Positions 19,537 to 26,711 of a stretch of DNA of 64,000 nt are shown here, in pieces. The stretch lies in IMG/VR virus record IMGVR_UViG_3300045988_154248; one strand, written 5' to 3'. How positions within the stretch are numbered: the stretch's first letter is position 1; every line of letters starts with the position of its first letter. A program made the translations under genes and the position numbers. The notes beneath the pieces were generated by a model. It had not been told where the DNA came from. It made no database searches and was given only the letters and a program-made list of their open reading frames with translations. Origin of the DNA: a virus.

Positions 19537-20535
19537 TTGACAAAATTAGAAAATATTCTCGAGCAAATACTTGAAAAATTACAGGATAGCTTAACGCATG
19601 AACAGCTTTCGGAATTAGAAAGCACTATGGTTATTGCATTCCACGGAATCGAGGTACAAGAAGAACACACTCAGTTAGTAACATCAGAGCGTACATGGGA
19701 GAAGATTCTTCGGATGTATTGTGCCGCAAAGCGTGTTGAAAATTGCTCCGAAAGAACTATTAAAGGTTACAGTCGATGCATTATTCAGTTTTTCACGCAG
19801 ATCAACAAGAAAATAAATAACATAACTACGAATGATATTAGATATTATTTGGCATTTTTTCAAGAAACGCATCATACTTCTATTGTATATCTTGATAACA
19901 TACGTAGGTATCTTAATTCATTTTTTACATGGGCTGCGGATGAAGGATATATACAATCAAATCCTATGCGAAAACTCAAGAAAATGAGAGTACCTACTAA
20001 ACTTAAAAAAACATTTTCAGCAGCAGAGATGGAAGAACTTCGTTGCAGTGCAAACTCTCAGAGAGATATTGCAATTATGGAATTTTTATATTGTACTGCT
20101 ACTCGTATTGGAGAGGCAGTTAGCGTTAATCGCTCGGATATTGATTGGCAAAGAAAAGAATTAATTGTTTATGGAGAAAAGGGCAAGAAAGAACGTACTG
20201 TTTATTTGACAGATCGCTGCATTTATCATCTTAAAAAATATCTTGATGAAAGAAAAGATACAAATGAAGCTTTATTTGTATCCTCAAAATCTCCACATAA
20301 GCGACTTGGAGTTCAGGCAATTCAGTCTATGTTGGCAGCGTTAGGTAAAAAGACAAATATTCACGTACATGCTCATAAATTTCGAAGGACGTTACTTACG
20401 GATGCAGGAAAACGTGGTATGCCATTACAAGAGATTCAGGTCTATGCAGGACACGCCAAGCCAGATACAACGATGCAATATGTAATGGTTCAACAAGAAC
20501 GTGTTAAATCGAATTTTATGAAAAATATTGCATAA
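19537..20535 (+). CDS. tyrosine site-specific recombinase (XerC/D / phage-integrase family), candidate shufflon invertase
   Basis: TTG start 19537 lies 10 nt after AGGAGG. Catalytic contexts are ATRIGEA (Arg), HAHKFRRT (His-x-x-Arg) and AGHAKPDTTMQY (His...Tyr). The gene sits between the forward and inverted sites. Confidence 0.85.
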   Translation: MTKLENILEQILEKLQDSLTHEQLSELESTMVIAFHGIEVQEEHTQLVTSERTWEKILRMYCAAKRVENCSERTIKGYSRCIIQFFTQINKKINNITTNDIRYYLAFFQETHHTSIVYLDNIRRYLNSFFTWAADEGYIQSNPMRKLKKMRVPTKLKKTFSAAEMEELRCSANSQRDIAIMEFLYCTATRIGEAVSVNRSDIDWQRKELIVYGEKGKKERTVYLTDRCIYHLKKYLDERKDTNEALFVSSKSPHKRLGVQAIQSMLAALGKKTNIHVHAHKFRRTLLTDAGKRGMPLQEIQVYAGHAKPDTTMQYVMVQQERVKSNFMKNIA

Positions 20536-20689
20536 TTTTTATAAATAGTCTAATAAAAATACCCTTATTTTTTGATCGCCCATTGGACGGTCTATTTATC
20601 GTGTATGTATATATTGATATTTTGCAATTTTGTAGGTTGCATGTTTTTATTCTTGTATTTATATTAAATCCGCAGTCTATAGAATTATT

Positions 20690-20989
20690 TTAACCAAATA
20701 ATAATCCATTCACTTTGTAAAAGGACTCCAATTTGGAGTTTCCGTTAAAAGTAATTTTACCCAAATCTGTATTAATAGCAATACTTGACGTATCGGTATT
20801 TGACGCAGTGAAAGAAAGTAGTTTCATAGACCATTTTGTTCCATAATTGATAACAATCGAAAAATACACACCACTTCCAATATTACCGGAAATCAATAAT
20901 AAACCGATAGCGGTGTCCGATATATTATATTTGATCGTTGCTGTTTTGTCATTTATTGTCGTATTAACGTCTATTGGTTTGATTCTTGT
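20690..20989 (-). CDS. silent cassette R1 (99 aa), start-less
   Basis: The minus strand from site R1 reads NSK/TRIKPIDVNTTINDKTATIKYNISDTAIGLLLISGNIGSG...LLFG*. The frame is continuous from the site. Confidence 0.7.
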   Translation of the reverse strand, partial: TRIKPIDVNTTINDKTATIKYNISDTAIGLLLISGNIGSGVYFSIVINYGTKWSMKLLSFTASNTDTSSIAINTDLGKITFNGNSKLESFYKVNGLLFG

Positions 20990-21001
20990 CTTACTATTTT
21001 A
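20990..21001 (-). repeat. shufflon site R1, inverted (rc TAAAATAGTAAG)
   Basis: Core AAATAGTAA is present. It contains the stop codon of cassette R2. Confidence 0.75.
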
Positions 21002-21247
21002 TTGAGCTGTAAAATATTTCCATTCAGTCCAACTGTCAGTATTTCTTTTTCTTCTGATGGCAATCTTATCATGTCCAAAAGAAAATGCTAATTGAGCGGT
21101 GTAATTACCGGTACCTAAATTCTGTTGGATAACAAAACATGCGTTTGACCCAAGTCCACTTGGTAATCCTATTGGATTAATTTTTGTATCTAATATGGGG
21201 CATTTCGGCGGATTGTTTAGATCAGTGATATTGTTCACATATATTGC
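20999..21247 (-). CDS. silent cassette R2 (82 aa)
   Basis: NSK/AIYVNNITDLNNPPKCP...RNTDSWTEWKYFTAQ*. It shares the W-x-x-W tail motif with cassettes A, R6 and R8. Confidence 0.7.
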   Translation of the reverse strand, partial: AIYVNNITDLNNPPKCPILDTKINPIGLPSGLGSNACFVIQQNLGTGNYTAQLAFSFGHDKIAIRRKRNTDSWTEWKYFTAQ

Positions 21248-21259
21248 CTTACTATTTAA
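21248..21259 (-). repeat. shufflon site R2, inverted (rc TTAAATAGTAAG)
   Basis: Exact 12-mer. The TAG inside it ends cassette R3. Confidence 0.8.
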
Positions 21260-21557
21260 TTAACACTGCAGCAGAAAATCTATATAAAGTATTTTGTGTC
21301 GAACTTCCAATTGTTATTTGACCATCCAGCTCAATTGAACCAAACATACAATACGGATCAGTTGGCATACTTCCTACTTGAAATATGATCTGTGTTACAT
21401 TGATGGCATTAATATCATTTATCTTAGCTAAAACATACTGGATGCCTGTATTTTGTGCAGTCACATAACCTTCTACTATTAATACTTTTCCGTATGAAAC
21501 AGCAGATATATGCCCTTGGTTTGATCCATACAAAATGTCATAACTTTTAATTTCCGT
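21252..21557 (-). CDS. silent cassette R3 (101 aa)
   Basis: NSK/TEIKSYDILYGSNQGHISAVSYGK...FSAAVLIK*. Confidence 0.7.
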   Translation of the reverse strand, partial: TEIKSYDILYGSNQGHISAVSYGKVLIVEGYVTAQNTGIQYVLAKINDINAINVTQIIFQVGSMPTDPYCMFGSIELDGQITIGSSTQNTLYRFSAAVLIK

Positions 21558-21569
21558 TTTACTATTTTA
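21558..21569 (-). repeat. shufflon site R3, inverted (rc TAAAATAGTAAA)
   Basis: Core is present. The AAA codon keeps Lys. The TAA inside it ends cassette R4. Confidence 0.75.
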
Positions 21570-21827
21570 TCTATACGTATATACATAACAACAGAATGTA
21601 AAGTTAATGCTAGTATTCATAATGAGTTTATTGCCATTCAACGTTACAGAATTTATCCTTGAATTTTCTTTTATTGAATAAATATGTCCAGCCGATGCAT
21701 CATAAAATGTTGAAAATAAATATAAAGCACATCCATCATATGGATGAGAAAAAGATAGTAATCCACATGAAAGAGGAACTAATTCTATTTCTTTCACTCC
21801 GTTTTCGAAAGTCGTTCCGATAACAGT
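21567..21827 (-). CDS. silent cassette R4 (86 aa)
   Basis: NSK/TVIGTTFENGVKEIELVPLSCGL...CCYVYTYR*. Confidence 0.7.
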   Translation of the reverse strand, partial: TVIGTTFENGVKEIELVPLSCGLLSFSHPYDGCALYLFSTFYDASAGHIYSIKENSRINSVTLNGNKLIMNTSINFTFCCYVYTYR

Positions 21828-21839
21828 TTTACTATTTTA
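21828..21839 (-). repeat. shufflon site R4, inverted (rc TAAAATAGTAAA)
   Basis: Identical to R3. The TAA inside it ends cassette R5. Confidence 0.75.
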
Positions 21840-22145
21840 TTCTTCTTTCACGATTGCATTTTTTATGTTTTCATAATAGATAATGATAACAGCATTTGCA
21901 TACTGTGGAAAATTTGAAAACTTTACATTTTGTATAGAATCATTATCGTTACACTTTATTGTGACATCACCTGTTTTTAATGTATTATTTATTTTCCCAA
22001 TAGTACCTGTTAAAAATGTTGAACCTCCGAATAACGCGAATGGAGCATATGATATGTCGTTATTTCCTTCTTTATTTATAGAAATAGTTACCGACTTTAT
22101 ATTGGCTCCAGAAGTTCTATATATCAATAAATTATTAAAGACTTG
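21837..22145 (-). CDS. silent cassette R5 (102 aa)
   Basis: NSN/QVFNNLLIYRTSGANIKSVTISINKEGNND...NAIVKEE*. Confidence 0.7.
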   Translation of the reverse strand, partial: QVFNNLLIYRTSGANIKSVTISINKEGNNDISYAPFALFGGSTFLTGTIGKINNTLKTGDVTIKCNDNDSIQNVKFSNFPQYANAVIIIYYENIKNAIVKEE

Positions 22146-22157
22146 ATTACTATTTAA
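22146..22157 (-). repeat. shufflon site R5, inverted (rc TTAAATAGTAAT)
   Basis: Core is present, Lys codon replaced by Asn. The TAA inside it ends cassette R6. Confidence 0.75.
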
Positions 22158-22402
22158 TGCCAATTGCCCCACGTACCATCACTAAAATCATATATTCTTA
22201 TGCTAACATTCCATACAATAGAATATCTCACGGCATATTGTATTTTAATTCCGTCTTGCATAGATCCAATGCAAAATATAAAATACATATTAGCGTCTGG
22301 TTTGTTTAAAGCAGAAGAAAATGCAATAGCAGATTCTCCGATAGGTAAATCATTACAATCTTTATATTTTCCTTCGCCATAAATTTGTTGTAAACACAAT
22401 CT
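22154..22402 (-). CDS. silent cassette R6 (82 aa)
   Basis: NSK/RLCLQQIYGEGKYKDCNDLPIGE...IYDFSDGTWGNWH*. Confidence 0.7.
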   Translation of the reverse strand, partial: RLCLQQIYGEGKYKDCNDLPIGESAIAFSSALNKPDANMYFIFCIGSMQDGIKIQYAVRYSIVWNVSIRIYDFSDGTWGNWH

Positions 22403-22414
22403 CTTACTATTTAA
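22403..22414 (-). repeat. shufflon site R6, inverted (rc TTAAATAGTAAG)
   Basis: Exact 12-mer. The TAA inside it ends cassette R7. Confidence 0.8.
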
Positions 22415-22698
22415 CTTATAGTCACAAGATCAAGGCAGATTAAAAATGCTGCGCTCCATGGACCAAGTGTCACTTTTAATGTTGCCAAAGAAGCATCAAG
22501 TACGGGTGGTGCTGCAGATCCAGTTCCTTTTGATATTTCTGCCACTCCCGATATCCTTCCTGTTATGTATGCAGAGGTATTGCGGTTGTTATCAATTAGT
22601 AAAAACGAAGTCATATGACTGTTTACACCACCCCACTTTACGCTTACTGTTTTGGCAGAGTCATTACTATATATAATATAACTATTGGCATTGAACCG
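22411..22698 (-). CDS. silent cassette R7 (95 aa)
   Basis: NSK/RFNANSYIIYSNDSAKTVSVKWGGVNSHMTSFLLIDNN...LDLVTIS*. Confidence 0.7.
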   Translation of the reverse strand, partial: RFNANSYIIYSNDSAKTVSVKWGGVNSHMTSFLLIDNNRNTSAYITGRISGVAEISKGTGSAAPPVLDASLATLKVTLGPWSAAFLICLDLVTIS

Positions 22699-22710
22699 CT
22701 TACTATTTAA
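22699..22710 (-). repeat. shufflon site R7, inverted (rc TTAAATAGTAAG)
   Basis: Exact 12-mer. Confidence 0.8.
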
Positions 22711-22739
22711 TTAAAGTGAACGAAAATCTGGAAAATTCA

Positions 22740-23005
22740 TTATATTTTCTTCCAAGTACACCAATTGTTTATGTCTGTAATCATGGATCGATAGAAAATA
22801 TTCTCATGGTTTCCAGGTAGGATAATTTGTGTTACTCTACCAATAGATTCTGCAAAAATGAAAACAAAACAATTAGTACAATGTTGTTCTGTTGGCTCGT
22901 TCTTTACTCGTAGATTACCTGATAAATAATATACGTTCGAAGATGTTAAATTGTTAATCAATATCATGCAACGCAATTGCATTTTTCAAAATCTTTTGAA
23001 AACAT
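22740..23005 (-). pseudogene. cassette R8, out of frame with its entry site (frameshifted or decayed cassette)
   Basis: From site R8 the NSK frame reads MFSKDFEKCNCVA and then stops. The 80-codon ORF 22740-22982, which ends ...DINNWCTWKKI like cassettes A, R2 and R6, lies in a different frame. Confidence 0.6.
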
Positions 23006-23017
23006 CTTACTATTTTT
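23006..23017 (-). repeat. shufflon site R8, inverted (rc AAAAATAGTAAG)
   Basis: Core is present. The stop of cassette R9 lies 3 nt away. Confidence 0.75.
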
Positions 23018-23019
23018 AT

Positions 23020-23313
23020 TTATTGCATTGCAAAAAAGAATATCTTTGTTATTGTTTCATCATTAGTAATATGAGATGTAAAGTTCCACCCATTTCCATC
23101 GAGTGAAAAAATAATACCGGATATCTTAATTGATGATTGATCATAAACAATTTTTTGCACTATAGCAGAATAGCCTTTAAGGTGATTTTTCCAACTTCCG
23201 CAGATGTTAAAGATCCCGTTGTTTTGCCATCTTGTCTTAGATATAATCAAATTAATAAGTGATTCAATATCATTGCTTTCCTGTTGTGGAATATTTTTTG
23301 TTTTTGCTTGGAG
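23020..23313 (-). CDS. silent cassette R9 (97 aa)
   Basis: NSN/LQAKTKNIPQQESNDIESLINLIISKTRWQNNG...KIFFFAMQ*. The track ORF 23020-23421 reads through the site and is an artefact upstream of it. Confidence 0.7.
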   Translation of the reverse strand, partial: LQAKTKNIPQQESNDIESLINLIISKTRWQNNGIFNICGSWKNHLKGYSAIVQKIVYDQSSIKISGIIFSLDGNGWNFTSHITNDETITKIFFFAMQ

Positions 23314-23325
23314 ATTACTATTTAA
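23314..23325 (-). repeat. shufflon site R9, inverted (rc TTAAATAGTAAT)
   Basis: Core is present. The TAG inside it ends cassette R10. Confidence 0.75.
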
Positions 23326-23464
23326 CATCATATATGCCAATTTTTTGCGTTTCTTTATTAAATATAACCTGTATATTTCCTGCCTTTTCGGTATAAAAAA
23401 CAAAACCAAATTGATTATCATTCCAAGACTGTATAATGATTTTTTTTATATTAAAGAATGCCGT
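23318..23464 (-). CDS. silent cassette R10 (48 aa)
   Basis: NSK/TAFFNIKKIIIQSWNDNQFGFVFYTEKAGNIQVIFNKETQKIGIYDVK*. Below the ORF-track size cutoff; found by manual translation. Confidence 0.6.
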   Translation of the reverse strand, partial: TAFFNIKKIIIQSWNDNQFGFVFYTEKAGNIQVIFNKETQKIGIYDVK

Positions 23465-23476
23465 CTTACTATTTAA
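23465..23476 (-). repeat. shufflon site R10, inverted (rc TTAAATAGTAAG)
   Basis: Exact 12-mer. Confidence 0.8.
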
Positions 23477-23525
23477 TCCACCAGATGAAACTCTGCTTTC
23501 ATCCTATTTTTGTTCCTCAATTTTC

Positions 23526-23557
23526 CTTGAAAACACTGGGTTTTTTTGAAACCCGTG
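23526..23557 (-). terminator. minus-strand intrinsic terminator between sites R11 and R10
   Basis: The rc reads cacgggttt-caaaa-aaacccagtg followed by ttttc. Confidence 0.5.
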
Positions 23558-23592
23558 AAAGATAATATTGACCATTTTCAATCACTAAGGAG

Positions 23593-24504
23593 GTGATTAC
23601 TATTTATACTTTAATTCAAGAATCTGTTACTGGTCTAAATGGCGAAAAAGTAACTTGTGGACATCTCAGCTGTAATGAAAAAAGCACACTACGTTTAAAT
23701 GATGTTCTTCGGAATTCAGGAGATTATACATTCCAGATGAAAATCAAGGCGAAAGCTGCATCTACTGTTCAACTAAGTATTGGGACATTAACAGAAAACT
23801 TTTCAGTCACTACTTCTTTTCAACAATTTAATAGAGTATGCAAAAATATCAACACTGCTACACATAAATATATCGAAATCACATTTCCTTCAGGTGATTA
23901 TTGGTTCTACAATATGCAACTTGAAATGGGAAACCTCCCAACTGCTTGGTCTTTATGCTTAGACGATTTAAACGATGCAATTGGAGCGCAATCTACATGG
24001 ATCGAACAGACTACGCAAAAAATAAGTTTGTTTGCACAAAAAAATGATGTAAACGAAGCAAAGGCTGAAATGAGGGTCGAAGCAGATGGAATGATTTCAG
24101 AAGCTTTAAAATCTTATGTTACAAGTGATGATTTTGGAGACTATAAAACAGAAACAAAAACAAGATTTGAACAAACGGATAACCAGTTCGGATTTTATGT
24201 ACAAAAAGATACATATGACGGGCTGAACAGTACAGTCAATAATTTGAAATCGAATCAGGAAAATTATTTTCAATTTGATGCAAATGGTTTAAAAATAGGA
24301 AAGAAAAATAATCCATACCAGGTTGTTATAGATAATGAAAAATATCAGATGTTAGGAAATGGACAGCCACTTATGTACATTCAATATGGTGAGCTTAACA
24401 TTCCTGATGTTATTATTACCCATCAGCTTAGAATGTTAGGATATTCTTTTACTCTTGATTCAGCTGGAAATACGAATTGTCAGTTTGTCGGAACGGGAGG
24501 TTGA
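23593..24504 (+). CDS. tail fibre / baseplate protein with an N-terminal CBM-like domain
   Basis: GTG start after AAGGAGG. The motif YWFYNMQLEMGNLPTAWSLCLDD is typical of phage fibre carbohydrate-binding-like modules. A coiled-coil middle region follows. Confidence 0.65.
   Translation: MITIYTLIQESVTGLNGEKVTCGHLSCNEKSTLRLNDVLRNSGDYTFQMKIKAKAASTVQLSIGTLTENFSVTTSFQQFNRVCKNINTATHKYIEITFPSGDYWFYNMQLEMGNLPTAWSLCLDDLNDAIGAQSTWIEQTTQKISLFAQKNDVNEAKAEMRVEADGMISEALKSYVTSDDFGDYKTETKTRFEQTDNQFGFYVQKDTYDGLNSTVNNLKSNQENYFQFDANGLKIGKKNNPYQVVIDNEKYQMLGNGQPLMYIQYGELNIPDVIITHQLRMLGYSFTLDSAGNTNCQFVGTGG
23596..23607 (-). repeat. shufflon site R11, inverted (rc ATAAATAGTAAT), overlapping codons 2-5 of the next tail gene
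   Basis: It matches R5/R9 at 12 of 13 positions (gattactattta). The minus-strand reading gives only NSN/HLLSD*. Confidence 0.6.
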
Positions 24505-24507
24505 TAA

Positions 24508-26352
24508 ATGGGATCATTTTCTACAAACGCTTATGGTGAAGGTCGTTATTATACCTTTACATATTCTACAAGCCAGGATCAAGTCAAAAACACAACAACT
24601 TTAAACTGGACGTTATCGTGTGCAGGTGGTGTATCTTGGTATGCTGAAAGAACTTTAATTCTAACAATTGATGGAAGTAATGTCGTAAGCAAAACAGATC
24701 GTGTAGCTCGTTATGCAGGAAATATCGCGTCAGGTTCTAAAACATTTACACACGATGCAAATGGAAATAAATCTATTTCGGTAAAAATTCAAGCAGCTGT
24801 TGAGACTTCAAGTATCACATGTTCTGGTAGTTCCACTATTACTTTTCCACAGATTAAAAGGAAATCAACTTTTGGAACTGTAAGTGGAAATACAATTGGC
24901 GGTACAGTAACGATTAATATTAATAGAAACAATTCTTCATTTACACATTCTCTTTGGTATAAAGTTAAAGAAAATGGAAGTTGGGTTGAGGCGGTTAAAA
25001 ACGTAGCAACTTCTGGCTCCTTTACTCTTCCAATGTCTATTTGTTCGAGTATACCAAATGATAATAGTGTGTATATCGGCTTATGTATTCAGACATTTAA
25101 CGGAAGTACGGAGATAGGAAACTCCTACTCCTCTATTACTGCTTATGTTCCATTATCTGCTGCACCAACAGTATCATTTACATTAAGCGATAATAAAGGA
25201 TATTCTGGTACATATGGTGGATATGTACAAAACAACTCTGCATTACATATAGCCACTACAGCCACAGCAAATAATTCTGCGACTATCAAAACAATCACAG
25301 TTAAAGCCACCATTAGTGGAACTACGTATACATATTATGGAAGTAGTGTTAATATATCTCTTCCAACATCCGGTACTTGGACAATATCCGTTTCTGCTAC
25401 GGATAGCAGAGGAAAATCAACAACAGCGGCTTCTCAATCAATTACAGTTCTCGCATATAGCAATCCAACAATTACAGCTTTATCGGCAAGACGAACGGAT
25501 TCTTCTGGAAATGCAACATCAAACGGCTCATATTTACAAGTTATATTCTCAGCCACTGCAACAAGTCTGAATAGTAAAAACACAACAACGTTTCAGATAA
25601 AATATAAAAAGAAAAGCGTTTCTTCTTACACTTCCGCCACCCTATCTTCTTATCAAAATAAATATTCAGTTTCTGGTGGTTCATATATTTTCCAAGCAGA
25701 AACATCTTCTGGTTATGATATTCAATTAGTTGTCACAGATAAATTCAAAACAGTAATTTCTCAAACAACTGGTAATTCCGTTTCAAAGGTATTCTCTTTC
25801 TTTAAAAACGGATTAGGTATAGCTTTTGGAAAAGTTGCTGAAGCTGAGGCTATTGCCGAATTTGATTGGAAAATCAAAGCGAATAAAGGATTAACAGTCA
25901 GTGGAACCGATATTAATGTGTTAATTAATAATGCCGTACAGAAATTATATCCTGTAGGGCATATTTTAATGTCTACCAATTCTGCCAATCCATCTACTTA
26001 TTTAGGTTTTGGAACTTGGGTTGCATGGGGATCTGGACGAGTACCTGTCGGTGTCAATTCTTCTGACACTGATTTTAGTACAGTAGAGAAAACAGGTGGT
26101 GCAAAAACTGTTAATGTATCACACTATCATACTGAATCAATCGGAGCAGATTCTGGTTATATGTATTTGTCTGCTGGAGCGAACGGTGGTTTGTTTGGAT
26201 CAGGAGTAAGATCCAATGTTGGGAACATGAGCTGGAAAGGAACTGTCAATACTAGTGCTGTGCGTTTAAATAATACTAATACAGCTGGAAGTACGACATT
26301 AAATAACTTGCAGCCATACGTAACATGTTACATGTGGAAAAGGACTGCATAG
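24508..26352 (+). CDS. tail fibre / receptor-binding-type structural protein
   Basis: N-terminus (GRYYTFTYSTSQDQVKNTTTLNWTL) is like siphovirus DUF859-type proteins. The C-terminus (GTWVAWGSGRVPVG...LQPYVTCYMWKRTA) is like tail-collar fibre tips. Confidence 0.65.
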   Translation: MGSFSTNAYGEGRYYTFTYSTSQDQVKNTTTLNWTLSCAGGVSWYAERTLILTIDGSNVVSKTDRVARYAGNIASGSKTFTHDANGNKSISVKIQAAVETSSITCSGSSTITFPQIKRKSTFGTVSGNTIGGTVTININRNNSSFTHSLWYKVKENGSWVEAVKNVATSGSFTLPMSICSSIPNDNSVYIGLCIQTFNGSTEIGNSYSSITAYVPLSAAPTVSFTLSDNKGYSGTYGGYVQNNSALHIATTATANNSATIKTITVKATISGTTYTYYGSSVNISLPTSGTWTISVSATDSRGKSTTAASQSITVLAYSNPTITALSARRTDSSGNATSNGSYLQVIFSATATSLNSKNTTTFQIKYKKKSVSSYTSATLSSYQNKYSVSGGSYIFQAETSSGYDIQLVVTDKFKTVISQTTGNSVSKVFSFFKNGLGIAFGKVAEAEAIAEFDWKIKANKGLTVSGTDINVLINNAVQKLYPVGHILMSTNSANPSTYLGFGTWVAWGSGRVPVGVNSSDTDFSTVEKTGGAKTVNVSHYHTESIGADSGYMYLSAGANGGLFGSGVRSNVGNMSWKGTVNTSAVRLNNTNTAGSTTLNNLQPYVTCYMWKRTA

Positions 26353-26580
26353 TTATTGTGGTTTATTTAGATACCATTTCATTTCGTTCCAATAATACAT
26401 TAATTGGATTTGATATGATTGATCTTCGATTTCACATTTACATACAAAGCAAATATGAGAAATATATTTATTTTGTGAAATCAAATTCACTGGAATTGCT
26501 CCATAATCTTTGTAACGAAAATATAATGGGATAATCTTCCCGTTGGTATCAAACGATGCAATAACTGGTATAGAAATCAT
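26353..26580 (-). CDS. hypothetical protein (75 aa), opposite-strand moron-like gene
   Basis: Start set at ATG 26580 after AAGGAG. The track ORF extends further upstream without an SD. Confidence 0.45.
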   Translation of the reverse strand: MISIPVIASFDTNGKIIPLYFRYKDYGAIPVNLISQNKYISHICFVCKCEIEDQSYQIQLMYYWNEMKWYLNKPQ

Positions 26581-26711
26581 ATTATAACTCCTTTGTTTAT
26601 ATGTAAAATCAGATATTTGAAAATATTTTACTACCATTATAACAGAAAAGAATGTTAATGTCTCTATTATGATAACTTCAGTTATTGCATAACTTAATAA
26701 AAGGAGAACAT

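Noticed and set aside
18726-19670. 314-aa minus-strand ORF antisense to cassette B and the recombinase upstream region.
   Set aside because: Cys/Ser/Arg-rich low-complexity translation with no SD, fully overlapping the well-supported + strand cassette. It is a shadow ORF.
19537-20535. The tyrosine recombinase as an ordinary prophage integrase.
   Set aside because: Not excluded. However, its position in the middle of the fibre module, bracketed by 13 oriented copies of one core sequence with in-frame cassettes, fits an invertase role much better. No attP-like feature or excisionase is adjacent.
20541-20552. ataaatagtcta just after the recombinase stop as a 14th (forward) crossover site.
   Set aside because: The core is broken (AGTCT instead of AGTAA) and no cassette follows, so it is kept only as a possible relic.
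22643-22671. cttactgtttt (22643-22653) and attactata (22663-22671) inside cassette R7 as extra sites.
   Set aside because: Each has a mismatch in the invariant core, and they are not in the N-S-K frame of any downstream ORF.
23020-23421. Track ORF of 133 aa spanning site R9.
   Set aside because: It reads through the crossover site. Upstream of the site it is out of frame with cassette R10 and has no SD. The real unit is cassette R9 (23020-23313).
18181-23607. A diversity-generating retroelement as an alternative explanation for fibre-tip variability.
   Set aside because: There is no reverse transcriptase and no template/variable repeat pair with adenine-specific differences. The variation is in discrete cassettes bounded by recombination sites.
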